From Desulfocapsa sulfexigens DSM 10523 (GTDB lineage: Bacteria; Desulfobacterota; Desulfobulbia; Desulfobulbales; Desulfocapsaceae), in NCBI RefSeq assembly GCF_000341395.1, contig NC_020304.1, forward strand, positions 1,710,001-1,742,000: DNA of 32,000 bases, read 5' to 3'. The notes below the pieces were generated by a model that did no database searches, was not told the DNA's origin, and saw nothing but the letters and a program-made list of their open reading frames with translations. Positions 8,826-17,259 of this stretch are shown piece by piece. Position 1 is the first letter of the stretch. Each line of letters starts with the position of its first letter. The translations under genes were made by a program, and so were the position numbers.

Positions 8826-9239
8826 ATGGAGCGAGAGTCACTTCCCTTTTTGCTGCAGCAGGTTGGTTGCGATGAACTTTTTTCCCTGGTTCGGCTAATT
8901 GAAACCTGCAGCGATGTACAGGTCATTCAGCAGCCAAGCGCACAGACCATGATGCTGCCCATTGAGGATCCTGTCAGTCAGGGTTTGTTCTATGGCGGAG
9001 AACTTCTGGTCAGTAGCGCCATTGTCCGCGTCAACGGGGCTGAGGGCTGGGGCATGGTTCTGGATGAACAGCTGGAGCTTGCACTCCAGATTGCCATCCT
9101 GGACGGGGCCTGGACGGCTGGTGTTGAAATCAAGGCTATCAATGGTCTGGCAGAAAAAGGAAAAAAAATACATGAGCAGGCTATTGAACAGCAGGGCAGA
9201 CAGGTCGCCGCATCCAGGGTTTCTTTTGATTTGATGTGA
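8826..9239 (+). CDS. phnG: C-P lyase subunit PhnG
   Basis: Position and 'PVSQGLFYGGELLVSSAIVRVNGAEGWGMVLDEQLELALQIAILDGAW'. Confidence 0.9.
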   Translation: MERESLPFLLQQVGCDELFSLVRLIETCSDVQVIQQPSAQTMMLPIEDPVSQGLFYGGELLVSSAIVRVNGAEGWGMVLDEQLELALQIAILDGAWTAGVEIKAINGLAEKGKKIHEQAIEQQGRQVAASRVSFDLM

Positions 9240-9255
9240 ATGGAGTAATTCAAGA

Positions 9256-9798
9256 ATGATTACAGAACAAAATGTTGAGCTGCTCAACCGGATCAATTTT
9301 CGTAGCTGCCTGAATGCCATGGCCAGGCCAGGTACCGTTTTCCCGATAGAACCTTTTTTCCATTCCGCCATGATGGCTCTTGCCTCCGTACTTCTCTATC
9401 CGGAAGTACGGTTTTTTCAGCAGGCGGATGGCGACTGGACGATGATCAAAGCAATGACCGGAACCACGGAAGTGAAGGAAAGCGAGGCGGATTATCTCTT
9501 CCTCGATCAACCGGATCCGGACATCTTGACTGCATCTCAACACGGTGACCAGCAGAACCCCGAGCGCAGTGCCACCCTTATCTGCAGCTGCGACAGCTTT
9601 GCAAACGGTAATCCGGTACTTCTCAGAGGACCTGGCATTCAGGGAAGCAGGAGAACGACCCTGCCGGTGCCTCCTGTTTTTTTAAAGCGGCTGGCACAAA
9701 AGAACAAAGACTTTCCCCTGGGGATTGATCTGTTTTTTCTTTCGCTGGACAACACTGTCTGCGCTCTTCCCCGCACGACTTCCGTGGAGTTGTTATGA
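9256..9798 (+). CDS. phnH: C-P lyase subunit PhnH
   Basis: 'NRINFRSCLNAMARPGTVFPI' and position between phnG and phnI. Confidence 0.9.
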   Translation: MITEQNVELLNRINFRSCLNAMARPGTVFPIEPFFHSAMMALASVLLYPEVRFFQQADGDWTMIKAMTGTTEVKESEADYLFLDQPDPDILTASQHGDQQNPERSATLICSCDSFANGNPVLLRGPGIQGSRRTTLPVPPVFLKRLAQKNKDFPLGIDLFFLSLDNTVCALPRTTSVELL

Positions 9799-10847
9799 GC
9801 TATGTAGCTATTAAAGGCGGCAGTGAAGCGATTCGTTCTTCTAAAACTTTTTTCCGTGACATGATTCACCATGCAGAGGGAATTGGCGATAAAGAACTGC
9901 AGAAAGGGCTTATCTTTTCCTGTGACCGGATAATGGGTGAAGGTGGTTTGTACAGCGAAAAACTTGCCGCAGAGGCCATCCGGCGAACAGGAGGAGATCT
10001 GCTTGAGGCGGCCTTTTACATGCGGGCTCACCGATCCACCTGCAGACGGGTGGGAGACGCCGAAACACTGAACTGTGGGAGCATGCGGCTCCTTCGCCGT
10101 ATCTCTTCTGCGTTTAAAGATATTGAGGGTGGTCAGATTCTGGGCCCCTCCTGTGATTATGTTATTCGCCTTTTTCACGGCAATCTCCAGGAAGAGGAGG
10201 ATAATTCCCTCAAGGTAGACAGCATGACGGGGCCACTCCCCAGTGCGGTTGACAGCATGCGTCTCCGTGATCAGGTGATTGTGCTGCCCAACCATGAAGA
10301 TTCACCCCATGACGTCTCCCGCTCATTCCCTTTACCGCCTTACACCAGAAGCAGTCTGATGCAGGTCATGTCCAGGGGGGAGACCGGAGCCATGCTTGCC
10401 TTCGCCTATACTTCAATGCGCGGTTACGGAGATGTACACCCCACCATCGGGGATTTACGTATCGGCTATATTGAGGTGAAATTCACCCACCCCTTCACTG
10501 GAAAAAAAGTGAAGGTCGGAGAGATCCGGGTGACGGCCTGTGAATCCATCGGCTCCTTCAACCGGGATCCCGGTGACGGCAAGCTTCGTCTGAGCACAGG
10601 GTTTGGATTTTGCCTCGGTTTTAACGAGACAAAGGCAATCGCCATGTCAATCCTTGATATGGCCATGCATCACAAGGGGTATTCGGTGGGAGGGGTGGAC
10701 ATTGCCTCCAATCCGGAAATCATTATTCACCATGTGGACGGTATTGAGTCCATGGGCTTTACCAATCACTTTAAACTCCCGCACTACGTAACTTTTCAGG
10801 CCGATCTCCATGTACTGGAGAGGGCAAAGGAGATGACGGATGAATAA
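9795..10847 (+). CDS. phnI: C-P lyase subunit PhnI
   Basis: MSYVAIKGGSEAI...; overlaps phnH by ATGA. Confidence 0.95.
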   Translation: MSYVAIKGGSEAIRSSKTFFRDMIHHAEGIGDKELQKGLIFSCDRIMGEGGLYSEKLAAEAIRRTGGDLLEAAFYMRAHRSTCRRVGDAETLNCGSMRLLRRISSAFKDIEGGQILGPSCDYVIRLFHGNLQEEEDNSLKVDSMTGPLPSAVDSMRLRDQVIVLPNHEDSPHDVSRSFPLPPYTRSSLMQVMSRGETGAMLAFAYTSMRGYGDVHPTIGDLRIGYIEVKFTHPFTGKKVKVGEIRVTACESIGSFNRDPGDGKLRLSTGFGFCLGFNETKAIAMSILDMAMHHKGYSVGGVDIASNPEIIIHHVDGIESMGFTNHFKLPHYVTFQADLHVLERAKEMTDE

Positions 10848-11676
10848 GCAGACCTTTGCCTTTATGGATGAGGACGCAAAAAAAGAAATCAGGCGATCAC
10901 TGCTCAAGGCCGTTGCCCTGCCTGGATATACAGTTCCCTTTGCGTCTCGTGAAATGCCGGTGGCCAGAGGATGGGGGACAGGGGGGCTCCAGATAACCCT
11001 TTCAATTATTCTCGAACAGGATGTCCTCAAGGTGATTGATCAGGGCTGTGACGGTTCTGTGAATGCGGTGAACATGAGGGGTTTTATCACTTCGGTGACC
11101 GGGGTGGAGTCAGTAACCGAGACTTCACGGTCTACAATCATCCAGACCCGGCACCGGATACCAGAACAGGAACTGACAGAGGATCACATCCTGGTATTCC
11201 AGGTCCCATATCCCGAGGTACTTACCACCGTGGAGCCGGACACTGCACAACAGAAGAGGATGCATGGGGATGGAGATTATTCAAAACTGTGGGTTCTTCT
11301 CTACGAGGACACGTCACAGTTTGGCGACAGCCGGATCAGCAACCGCTATCCTGTACAGGTGGACGGTCACTATGTCATGGATCCCTCGCCCATTCCCAAA
11401 TATGATATTCCACGAATGGATAACAGTCCGGCACTGCAACTGTTCGGGGCAGGCCGGGAAAAGAGAATCTATGCCATTCCGCCCTATACTGAGGTGAAAC
11501 CACTGAAGTTTGATGATCGGGAGTTCAAGGTTGAAAGCTTCGGTAATATCTGCTGTGAGCGCTGTGGGGCATCGGGAGTCTTTTTTGATGAAGTCCGGAT
11601 TGGGAGTGACAAGCACTTCTTCTGCAGCGACACTGAATTCTGTGACGGGAACAGGGGGGAAGAACATGTTTCTTGA
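10840..11676 (+). CDS. phnJ: C-P lyase core radical-SAM subunit PhnJ
   Basis: 'FMDEDAKKEIRRSLLKAVALPGYTVPFASREMPVARGWGTGGLQ' and the Cys cluster 'CCERCGASG...FFCSDTEFCDGN'. Confidence 0.97.
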   Translation: MNKQTFAFMDEDAKKEIRRSLLKAVALPGYTVPFASREMPVARGWGTGGLQITLSIILEQDVLKVIDQGCDGSVNAVNMRGFITSVTGVESVTETSRSTIIQTRHRIPEQELTEDHILVFQVPYPEVLTTVEPDTAQQKRMHGDGDYSKLWVLLYEDTSQFGDSRISNRYPVQVDGHYVMDPSPIPKYDIPRMDNSPALQLFGAGREKRIYAIPPYTEVKPLKFDDREFKVESFGNICCERCGASGVFFDEVRIGSDKHFFCSDTEFCDGNRGEEHVS

Positions 11677-12502
11677 TGTCCGTTCCTTAAGTAAAATTTA
11701 CGGCATCTCCTGTGGGCGCTGCCTTGAACTTACCGGTGCAAAACATAATAGGGCCATCTGTCCTGTCTGCAAGTCAGTTGTGGCTATCAATGGTGTTGAC
11801 CTCACGGTCGAAAAGAACGAAATCCTTGGTATCGTCGGTGAGTCTGGAAGTGGGAAATCCACTCTCCTGCAACTCATCTACCAGGATCTCGCTGCCACCG
11901 GCGGGGCAGTCTATTTTAACGGTCTGATGGATGACCATGGTGTCCCCTGTAACATCCTCAAGGCTCCTCCTTCGATGGTGTCTCGCCTGAGAAACAAAGA
12001 GATGTCCATGATTTACCAAAATCCCCGACTCGGTCTCAATTTCCTCTTTTCAGCAGGCGGCAATATTGCGGAAAGAATTATCGGCGGAGGCGAGCGGCGC
12101 TATGAAAAGATTCGCAGTGCTGCCCTTGGCTACATTGATCGTATTGAAATGGAAAGCAGTCGTATAGATGATTACCCGGAACAATTCTCAGGTGGTCAGC
12201 AGCAGAGGATTCAGATCGCCAAGGCTCTTTCTTCCTCCCCCAGTCTGCTTCTCCTTGATGAACCTACTACCGGGCTTGACGTTTCGGTACAGGCCAGAAT
12301 TCTTGATTTGATCAAGGAATTGCAGCAGGAAATGGGGTTTTCCATGATCATCGTGTCCCATGATCTGGGGGTTATCAACCACCTTACAGATATCACGATA
12401 GTCATGAAGCATGGAAGCTTGGTTGAATATGGACTTACCGACCAGGTTCTTGAAGATCCCCAGCATCCATATACCCAGTTGCTGGTTTCCAGCATTTTAT
12501 AA
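11666..12502 (+). CDS. phnK: C-P lyase ATP-binding protein PhnK
   Basis: ABC ATPase with Cys-rich N-terminal part 'GISCGRCLELTGAKHNRAICPVCKSVVAINGVDLTV'. Start placed at the ATG at 11666, not the ORF-track start at 11510. Confidence 0.93.
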   Translation: MFLDVRSLSKIYGISCGRCLELTGAKHNRAICPVCKSVVAINGVDLTVEKNEILGIVGESGSGKSTLLQLIYQDLAATGGAVYFNGLMDDHGVPCNILKAPPSMVSRLRNKEMSMIYQNPRLGLNFLFSAGGNIAERIIGGGERRYEKIRSAALGYIDRIEMESSRIDDYPEQFSGGQQQRIQIAKALSSSPSLLLLDEPTTGLDVSVQARILDLIKELQQEMGFSMIIVSHDLGVINHLTDITIVMKHGSLVEYGLTDQVLEDPQHPYTQLLVSSIL

Positions 12503-12566
12503 CTTTCACCCAGGAAAACAGACGATGTACTCCACAGCACAGTTTGAACGGAGACAGGAAAAAGAC

Positions 12567-13292
12567 ATGACAAAACTTGAGCTCCGGAATATCAGCAAGA
12601 CTTTTACCCTCCATAACCGTGATGCCATCAAGGTTTCAGGGTTTTCTGAAGTCACTTTTTCGGTAAAGAGAGGTGAGTTGCTGGCTCTGATCGGCCCCAG
12701 CGGCGTTGGGAAATCCTCCATCCTCAAGGCCATATACCGTACGTACCTGACTGACTCAGGATCCATTTCTTTCCATCGGCGGGATGGCTCAGTGGTGGAT
12801 CTGGCAAGCTGTTCTGAAAGCAGGATACTGGATCTTCGTAAACGGGAGATCGGCTTTGTCACCCAGTTTCTGAAAGTTTTGCCACGTGTTACCGCCATAC
12901 AGGCGGTGGCCGCCCCCCTTATCGAACTGGGTGAAATGGAAAAGACGTCTCTGTTTCAGGCTGCACGTCTCCTTGAATTGCTCGGCATCCGTGAAGAACT
13001 TTTCCACATCTCGCCACTTACCTTTTCAGGTGGAGAGCAGCAGCGGGTCAACATCGCTCGGGGCGTCATTGCACCCAAAGAGCTTCTCCTCCTGGATGAA
13101 CCGACAGCGTCGCTCGATGACCAGAGTTCCAGTCGGGTTCTTGATCTCCTGCTGGATTTGAAAAGAAACGGTATTGCAATGATCGGAATTTTTCACGATA
13201 AAGCCAAGATTGGAAAAGTGGCGGACACTACCTATGAGATCACCAGGACGGCTCTCACCATGCCTAAGGCAATGCGGCAGGAGGCAGCTTGA
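12567..13292 (+). CDS. phnL: C-P lyase ATP-binding protein PhnL
   Basis: MTKLELRNISKTFTLHNRDAIKV...; ABC motifs 'GPSGVGKSS', 'FSGGEQQRVNIARG', 'LLLLDEPTASLD'. Start refined to 12567. Confidence 0.93.
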   Translation: MTKLELRNISKTFTLHNRDAIKVSGFSEVTFSVKRGELLALIGPSGVGKSSILKAIYRTYLTDSGSISFHRRDGSVVDLASCSESRILDLRKREIGFVTQFLKVLPRVTAIQAVAAPLIELGEMEKTSLFQAARLLELLGIREELFHISPLTFSGGEQQRVNIARGVIAPKELLLLDEPTASLDDQSSSRVLDLLLDLKRNGIAMIGIFHDKAKIGKVADTTYEITRTALTMPKAMRQEAA

Positions 13293-14446
13293 TGAACTCA
13301 GTTCTTCGTTCGAGCCGTGTTCTCACCGACGGATACATTCAACCAGCCGACGTCGTTATCAGGCATGGTTTCATTGAGAAGGTTGCTCCCTTCAAATCAC
13401 AGAAAAATGCCTATGACCTTGGACAAAGGCTCATTGTCCCAGGGTTTGTGGATCTTCACTCAGATGCCGTTGAAAAAGAGATCGAACCACGGCCGGGTGC
13501 ACACTTCCCCATCGCTTCAGCCCTTGTGGAATTGGATAAAAAACTTACAATGGCTGGTATAACCACCATGTTTCATGCCGTCGGTTTTAACGATGCGGCC
13601 ATCACGGGATATAGGGCCACAAAGATTGCCGCTCATGTGATAGAGGAGATCAATACAGCCAATCGTCATCTGCTCGGAGTTGATAATTTTGTCCATGCCC
13701 GCTTTGAGGTGACTTCTTTTGAATCGGTAGGGGTGATCAAAGAACTGATACACAACGAATCCGTTCACCTCCTTTCTGTTATGGATCATACACCTGGACA
13801 GGGTCAGTTCAAATCCATTGAAAACTGGAAGAAATTTCACCTCCCGGTCTACAAGCTGAGCGACAGCGATGCCGATGAGATTATCCGCCATAAGATACGG
13901 GGCCGCTCCAGGGCTTTTGCCGTGGTTGAAGAGCTGCTGCGCTACGGGGCGGAGCATGATCTGGTGCTTCTCTCCCATGACGATGACAGTCGCCACAAGA
14001 TTGATCTGCTCAAGGAATTTGGGGTCAGCATTTCCGAGTTTCCACTTGATGTTGATATTGCTGTCTATGCGAAGAAGAAAGGGATTGCGACGGGGATGGG
14101 GGCACCTAATGTGGTGCGCGGAGAGAGCCAGAGCGGCAATGTTTCAGCGAGAAAACTGATCGTGGAAAATGCCTGTGATTTTCTCTGCTCCGATTATCAT
14201 CCAAGCTCCATGCTCCAGGCCCCCTACACAGCTCACAGGGAGATTGGCCTTTCCCTCGAACGCTGTTTTGACATGGTTACCAGCACGCCTGCCCGCCTTG
14301 CGGGATTGAACGACCGCGGAGAGATTCGGGCCGGAAAGATTGCCGACCTGGTCGTCATAGAAGATGCCAATATCCCTAAAGTCATTCTAACCCTGAAAGA
14401 GGGCAGTCCCGTCTACAACGGGACTGCCTGTCTCTGCGGAGAGTAA
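13289..14446 (+). CDS. phnM: RPnTP diphosphohydrolase PhnM (amidohydrolase superfamily)
   Basis: 'VPGFVDLHSDAVEKEIEPRPGAHFP', 'SVMDHTPGQGQF', 'GMGAPNVVRG.SQSGNVSA', 'LCSDYHPSSML'. Confidence 0.95.
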   Translation: MMNSVLRSSRVLTDGYIQPADVVIRHGFIEKVAPFKSQKNAYDLGQRLIVPGFVDLHSDAVEKEIEPRPGAHFPIASALVELDKKLTMAGITTMFHAVGFNDAAITGYRATKIAAHVIEEINTANRHLLGVDNFVHARFEVTSFESVGVIKELIHNESVHLLSVMDHTPGQGQFKSIENWKKFHLPVYKLSDSDADEIIRHKIRGRSRAFAVVEELLRYGAEHDLVLLSHDDDSRHKIDLLKEFGVSISEFPLDVDIAVYAKKKGIATGMGAPNVVRGESQSGNVSARKLIVENACDFLCSDYHPSSMLQAPYTAHREIGLSLERCFDMVTSTPARLAGLNDRGEIRAGKIADLVVIEDANIPKVILTLKEGSPVYNGTACLCGE

Positions 14447-14448
14447 CC

Positions 14449-15093
14449 ATGGTTTATATCAAGTCTCATAACCCCGATCCGGAAATCACCCTTGGCTCTT
14501 TCCCGCTTATTTCAGAGAAGGCAAGGGTACGGTCTGCGGAACTGGGGCGTTATACTGAACTGCGTGATCATGTCGAATTTGTTGAATCCAGCCTGGGAGA
14601 CTACTCCTACGTTATGGAGCGAAGCTCCATTGTCTACAGCACGATTGGTAAGTTCGTCAATATTGCTTCGGACGTGCGCATTAACCCCGGCAATCACCCG
14701 ATGCACTGGGTGAGTCAGCACCACATCATGTACAGAAGGAAACAGTATGGAGTTGCCGGCAGTGACGACGAATCTTTTTTTGCTGAACGGAGACTGCGAA
14801 AGGTGGTCATCGGCCATGATGTGTGGATTGGCCACGGCGCAACCATCATGCCCGGAGTGAGCATCGGTAATGGGGCTATTATCGGCGCGGGCTCCGTGGT
14901 GACCCACGATGTAGCTCCTTACACGATTGTCGCCGGTGTCCCTGAAAAAGAGATACGGAGCCGCTTTCGCAGCAGCACCAGGGATGCCATTGAAAGAACC
15001 TGCTGGTGGGATTGGGACCATGAGACCATCAGAGAGCGGATTGATGATTTTCGTGATGTGGACCGCTTTCTTGCTCTGTATGGCTCCAGGTAG
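14449..15093 (+). CDS. Hexapeptide-repeat (left-handed beta-helix) transferase of phosphonate operons
   Basis: 'VIGHDVWIGHGATIMPGVSIGNGAIIGAGSVVTHDVAPYTIVAGVPEKEIRSRF'; lies 2 nt after the phnM stop. Confidence 0.88.
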   Translation: MVYIKSHNPDPEITLGSFPLISEKARVRSAELGRYTELRDHVEFVESSLGDYSYVMERSSIVYSTIGKFVNIASDVRINPGNHPMHWVSQHHIMYRRKQYGVAGSDDESFFAERRLRKVVIGHDVWIGHGATIMPGVSIGNGAIIGAGSVVTHDVAPYTIVAGVPEKEIRSRFRSSTRDAIERTCWWDWDHETIRERIDDFRDVDRFLALYGSR

Positions 15094-15113
15094 CATACAG
15101 GACGCCCTTCACA

Positions 15114-15656
15114 ATGAAGATTCTTCTTGTTACCGGACCGAGTGGAGCAGGCAAGGACAGTCTGCTCCGTCTGGCCGGCCAGTATTTCAGGAAAGACAGT
15201 CGCCTCTGTCTGGTAAAGCGCTACATAACCAGGCAGCCTGACAGCAATGAACAGAATTATTTTGTGGACCATGCGGCATTTACCCTTCTCTGCAAGAACA
15301 ATTTCTTTATCTCCCATTGGAATGCCCATGGAAACTTCTACGGTATACCACGAACGGGACTTCCAGATAAAAAAGAGAATACGCTCGCCATTATTTCCAT
15401 TTCCAGGCAGAATGTAGGTGATTTCGAACGCTGCTTTGAGCGGGTAACCACTCTTGGGATAAAAGTAGACCCCGATATTCTCCGCAGGCGTTTACGGGCC
15501 AGAGGGCGTGAAGATGACAAAAGCATTGAAAAACGGCTGCAAAGAACGGCATCTCCGATAAAGGCCAGAAGGATGCTCCATTTTGACAACTCCGCGGAAC
15601 TGGCATGCAGTGGAAAACAGTTCCTTGATCTGCTTGATTCTCTTGCTGAGGAGTGA
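15114..15656 (+). CDS. phnN: Ribose 1,5-bisphosphate phosphokinase PhnN
   Basis: P-loop 'LLVTGPSGAGKDSLLRLA', 'KRYITRQPD', 'GIPRTGL'. Confidence 0.9.
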   Translation: MKILLVTGPSGAGKDSLLRLAGQYFRKDSRLCLVKRYITRQPDSNEQNYFVDHAAFTLLCKNNFFISHWNAHGNFYGIPRTGLPDKKENTLAIISISRQNVGDFERCFERVTTLGIKVDPDILRRRLRARGREDDKSIEKRLQRTASPIKARRMLHFDNSAELACSGKQFLDLLDSLAEE

Positions 15657-16354
15657 CGGACAGTATGCGATTTGCAATCTACTATGCTCCTTCCGCTCAA
15701 TCCCGGCTGTTTAAAATCGGACATCGCTGGCTGAGTCAAAATGGTCTGGCGGGAAAAGGGATCGGGCACAATTCACTTACCGGTATTTCTGCAGCCAGGC
15801 TTGCGGAAATCATTGACTCTCCAAGGCACTATGGGCTGCATGGAACATTAAAGGCTCCCTTCAGGCTTGCAAAGCATCGTGATGAGGAAGAGCTGCACTC
15901 CTGTTTGAACAGCTTTACCCGTCAGCGCAAGCCCTTTGTAACACCTCCCCTTTGCCTTCGTCTGCTCAATGACTTTTTCTGCCTTTGTCCGGAGAGGAGA
16001 GCGTCGGAGATAGATAATCTCGCAGCCGAGTGTGTTCAAGTTTTCGATGAATTCAGGGCTCCCCTCAACCAGATTGAACTGGATCGTCGCGGAACAGGTG
16101 CGCTTACTGAGGATGAAAAACACAATCTCTTCACCTGGGGGTATCCCTACGTGATGGAGCAGTTCCGTTTTCATATCACTCTCACTGGCAGGATAGATGA
16201 TGAACACGAAAGGGAGCTGCTTCAGACCTGTCTTGGGGATTTTTTTGCACCGGTCATCGGTAAAGCTCTGACAGTGGACGGGATAAGTCTCTTTGTCGAG
16301 CCATCACCCGGTGAACCATTTTTCTGCAGCAGGCACTACCCGTTCAGTCTTTAA
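15653..16354 (+). CDS. DUF1045-like phosphonate-operon protein with two 2H-phosphoesterase-type HxTL motifs
   Basis: 'MRFAIYYAPSAQSRLFKIGHRWLSQNG'; HGTL at 15839-15850 and HITL at 16172-16183. GTG start overlaps the phnN stop (GTGA); an alternative ATG is at 15665. Confidence 0.85.
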   Translation: MTDSMRFAIYYAPSAQSRLFKIGHRWLSQNGLAGKGIGHNSLTGISAARLAEIIDSPRHYGLHGTLKAPFRLAKHRDEEELHSCLNSFTRQRKPFVTPPLCLRLLNDFFCLCPERRASEIDNLAAECVQVFDEFRAPLNQIELDRRGTGALTEDEKHNLFTWGYPYVMEQFRFHITLTGRIDDEHERELLQTCLGDFFAPVIGKALTVDGISLFVEPSPGEPFFCSRHYPFSL

Positions 16355-16444
16355 TCAAAAAATAATCCTATCCGAACAGAATTTTAACATGACGGGTCTA
16401 TCTTTAATTCAGGCTAAAGATGAATTTAGTAAAGGAGAGTCGTC

Positions 16445-16741
16445 ATGGTATATATTTATATTTATCTCATTTTTCCCATCCTGCTGCTTATTGTTGTTAC
16501 GATTCTGTTCCTGCGTTCACTGAAGTCGTCAGAGATTCCCGCCAACGCACAGCTTCTTGTTGATGCCTGGAACTCTGTTGCTGATAATTACGGGACTGCT
16601 GACCTTTCCCCTGACCAGACAGACGATCCTGATCTTAATCGATCCTGTAAAGCTGTCACAGAAGGTCTCGGGCAAAAGGAACGCACAGTATTTCCGTCTG
16701 ATATATCAAAATTTTCATATCAGGACAGATGTTGTCCATGA
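16445..16741 (+). CDS. Small predicted membrane protein, hypothetical
   Basis: Good Shine-Dalgarno (AAAGGAGAGTCGTC-ATG) and an N-terminal TM helix 'YIYLIFPILLLIVVTILFL'. Confidence 0.55.
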   Translation: MVYIYIYLIFPILLLIVVTILFLRSLKSSEIPANAQLLVDAWNSVADNYGTADLSPDQTDDPDLNRSCKAVTEGLGQKERTVFPSDISKFSYQDRCCP

Positions 16742-16883
16742 GTTACTGGCAAACATCTGGTAATACCAAGTCTTCTCTGTAAAGGAATACCTGTCTTTTT
16801 CGAGTTTTCTCCTTCGGAAACTGTTGCTTTTTCGGCATCTCCTGGGCAACGCAGCTGAACAGTCTGATCATTCTGTCTTGATA

Positions 16884-17078
16884 TTAGGTGATGGCCGCCA
16901 CCTCCCGAAGATATGCAACCCAGCACCGCCAGGGGCGAGTCTGCTCAGTGCAGATATCTGGACATCCAGAGAAGTTTTCTTCCCGCAGGGGACAGAGACC
17001 ACATTTCATTGTGCAAATTATTTTTGCAGCTTTTTCCAATGCCAGTTCCAGGATACTGTCACAGCTTCCGGTTTCCAT
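16884..17078 (-). CDS. Small cysteine-rich protein (64 aa, 7 Cys), hypothetical
   Basis: METGSCDSILELALEKAAKIICTMKCGLCPLREENFSGCPDICTEQTRPWRCWVAYLREVAAIT, preceded by a near-ideal SD (AAGGAGGAATAT-ATG). Confidence 0.5.
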   Translation of the reverse strand: METGSCDSILELALEKAAKIICTMKCGLCPLREENFSGCPDICTEQTRPWRCWVAYLREVAAIT

Positions 17079-17259
17079 ATATTCCTCCTTTTTTTTGAAT
17101 ACTCCTTCTTTTGATCCCCTTAATGTCGTGAAATTTAACAGGCTACTATTTGTTTTCCATGAGTTGCAGGTTAAAAAATGATCAGGAAACCTCTTTCATC
17201 CCCGGACTCCTGCAAAACGTATAGTCCTCACAATCTATTGAAAGGTTCCAGTGGAATTA

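Noticed and set aside
9639-10295. 218-aa minus-strand ORF
   Set aside because: Antisense to phnH/phnI, both of which are clearly coding.
11314-11667. 117-aa minus-strand ORF
   Set aside because: Lies opposite phnJ, including its Cys cluster; shadow ORF.
14512-15096. 194-aa minus-strand ORF
   Set aside because: Antisense to the hexapeptide transferase, whose repeat pattern is unambiguous.
16720-16926. minus-strand 68-aa ORF 'MLGCISSGGGGHHL...'
   Set aside because: Overlaps the Cys-rich ORF in another frame and shows no convincing RBS or domain.
16824-17114. + strand 96-aa ORF opposite the Cys-rich ORF
   Set aside because: No good RBS seen and no recognisable features. The minus-strand ORF has a much better Shine-Dalgarno and patterned cysteines.
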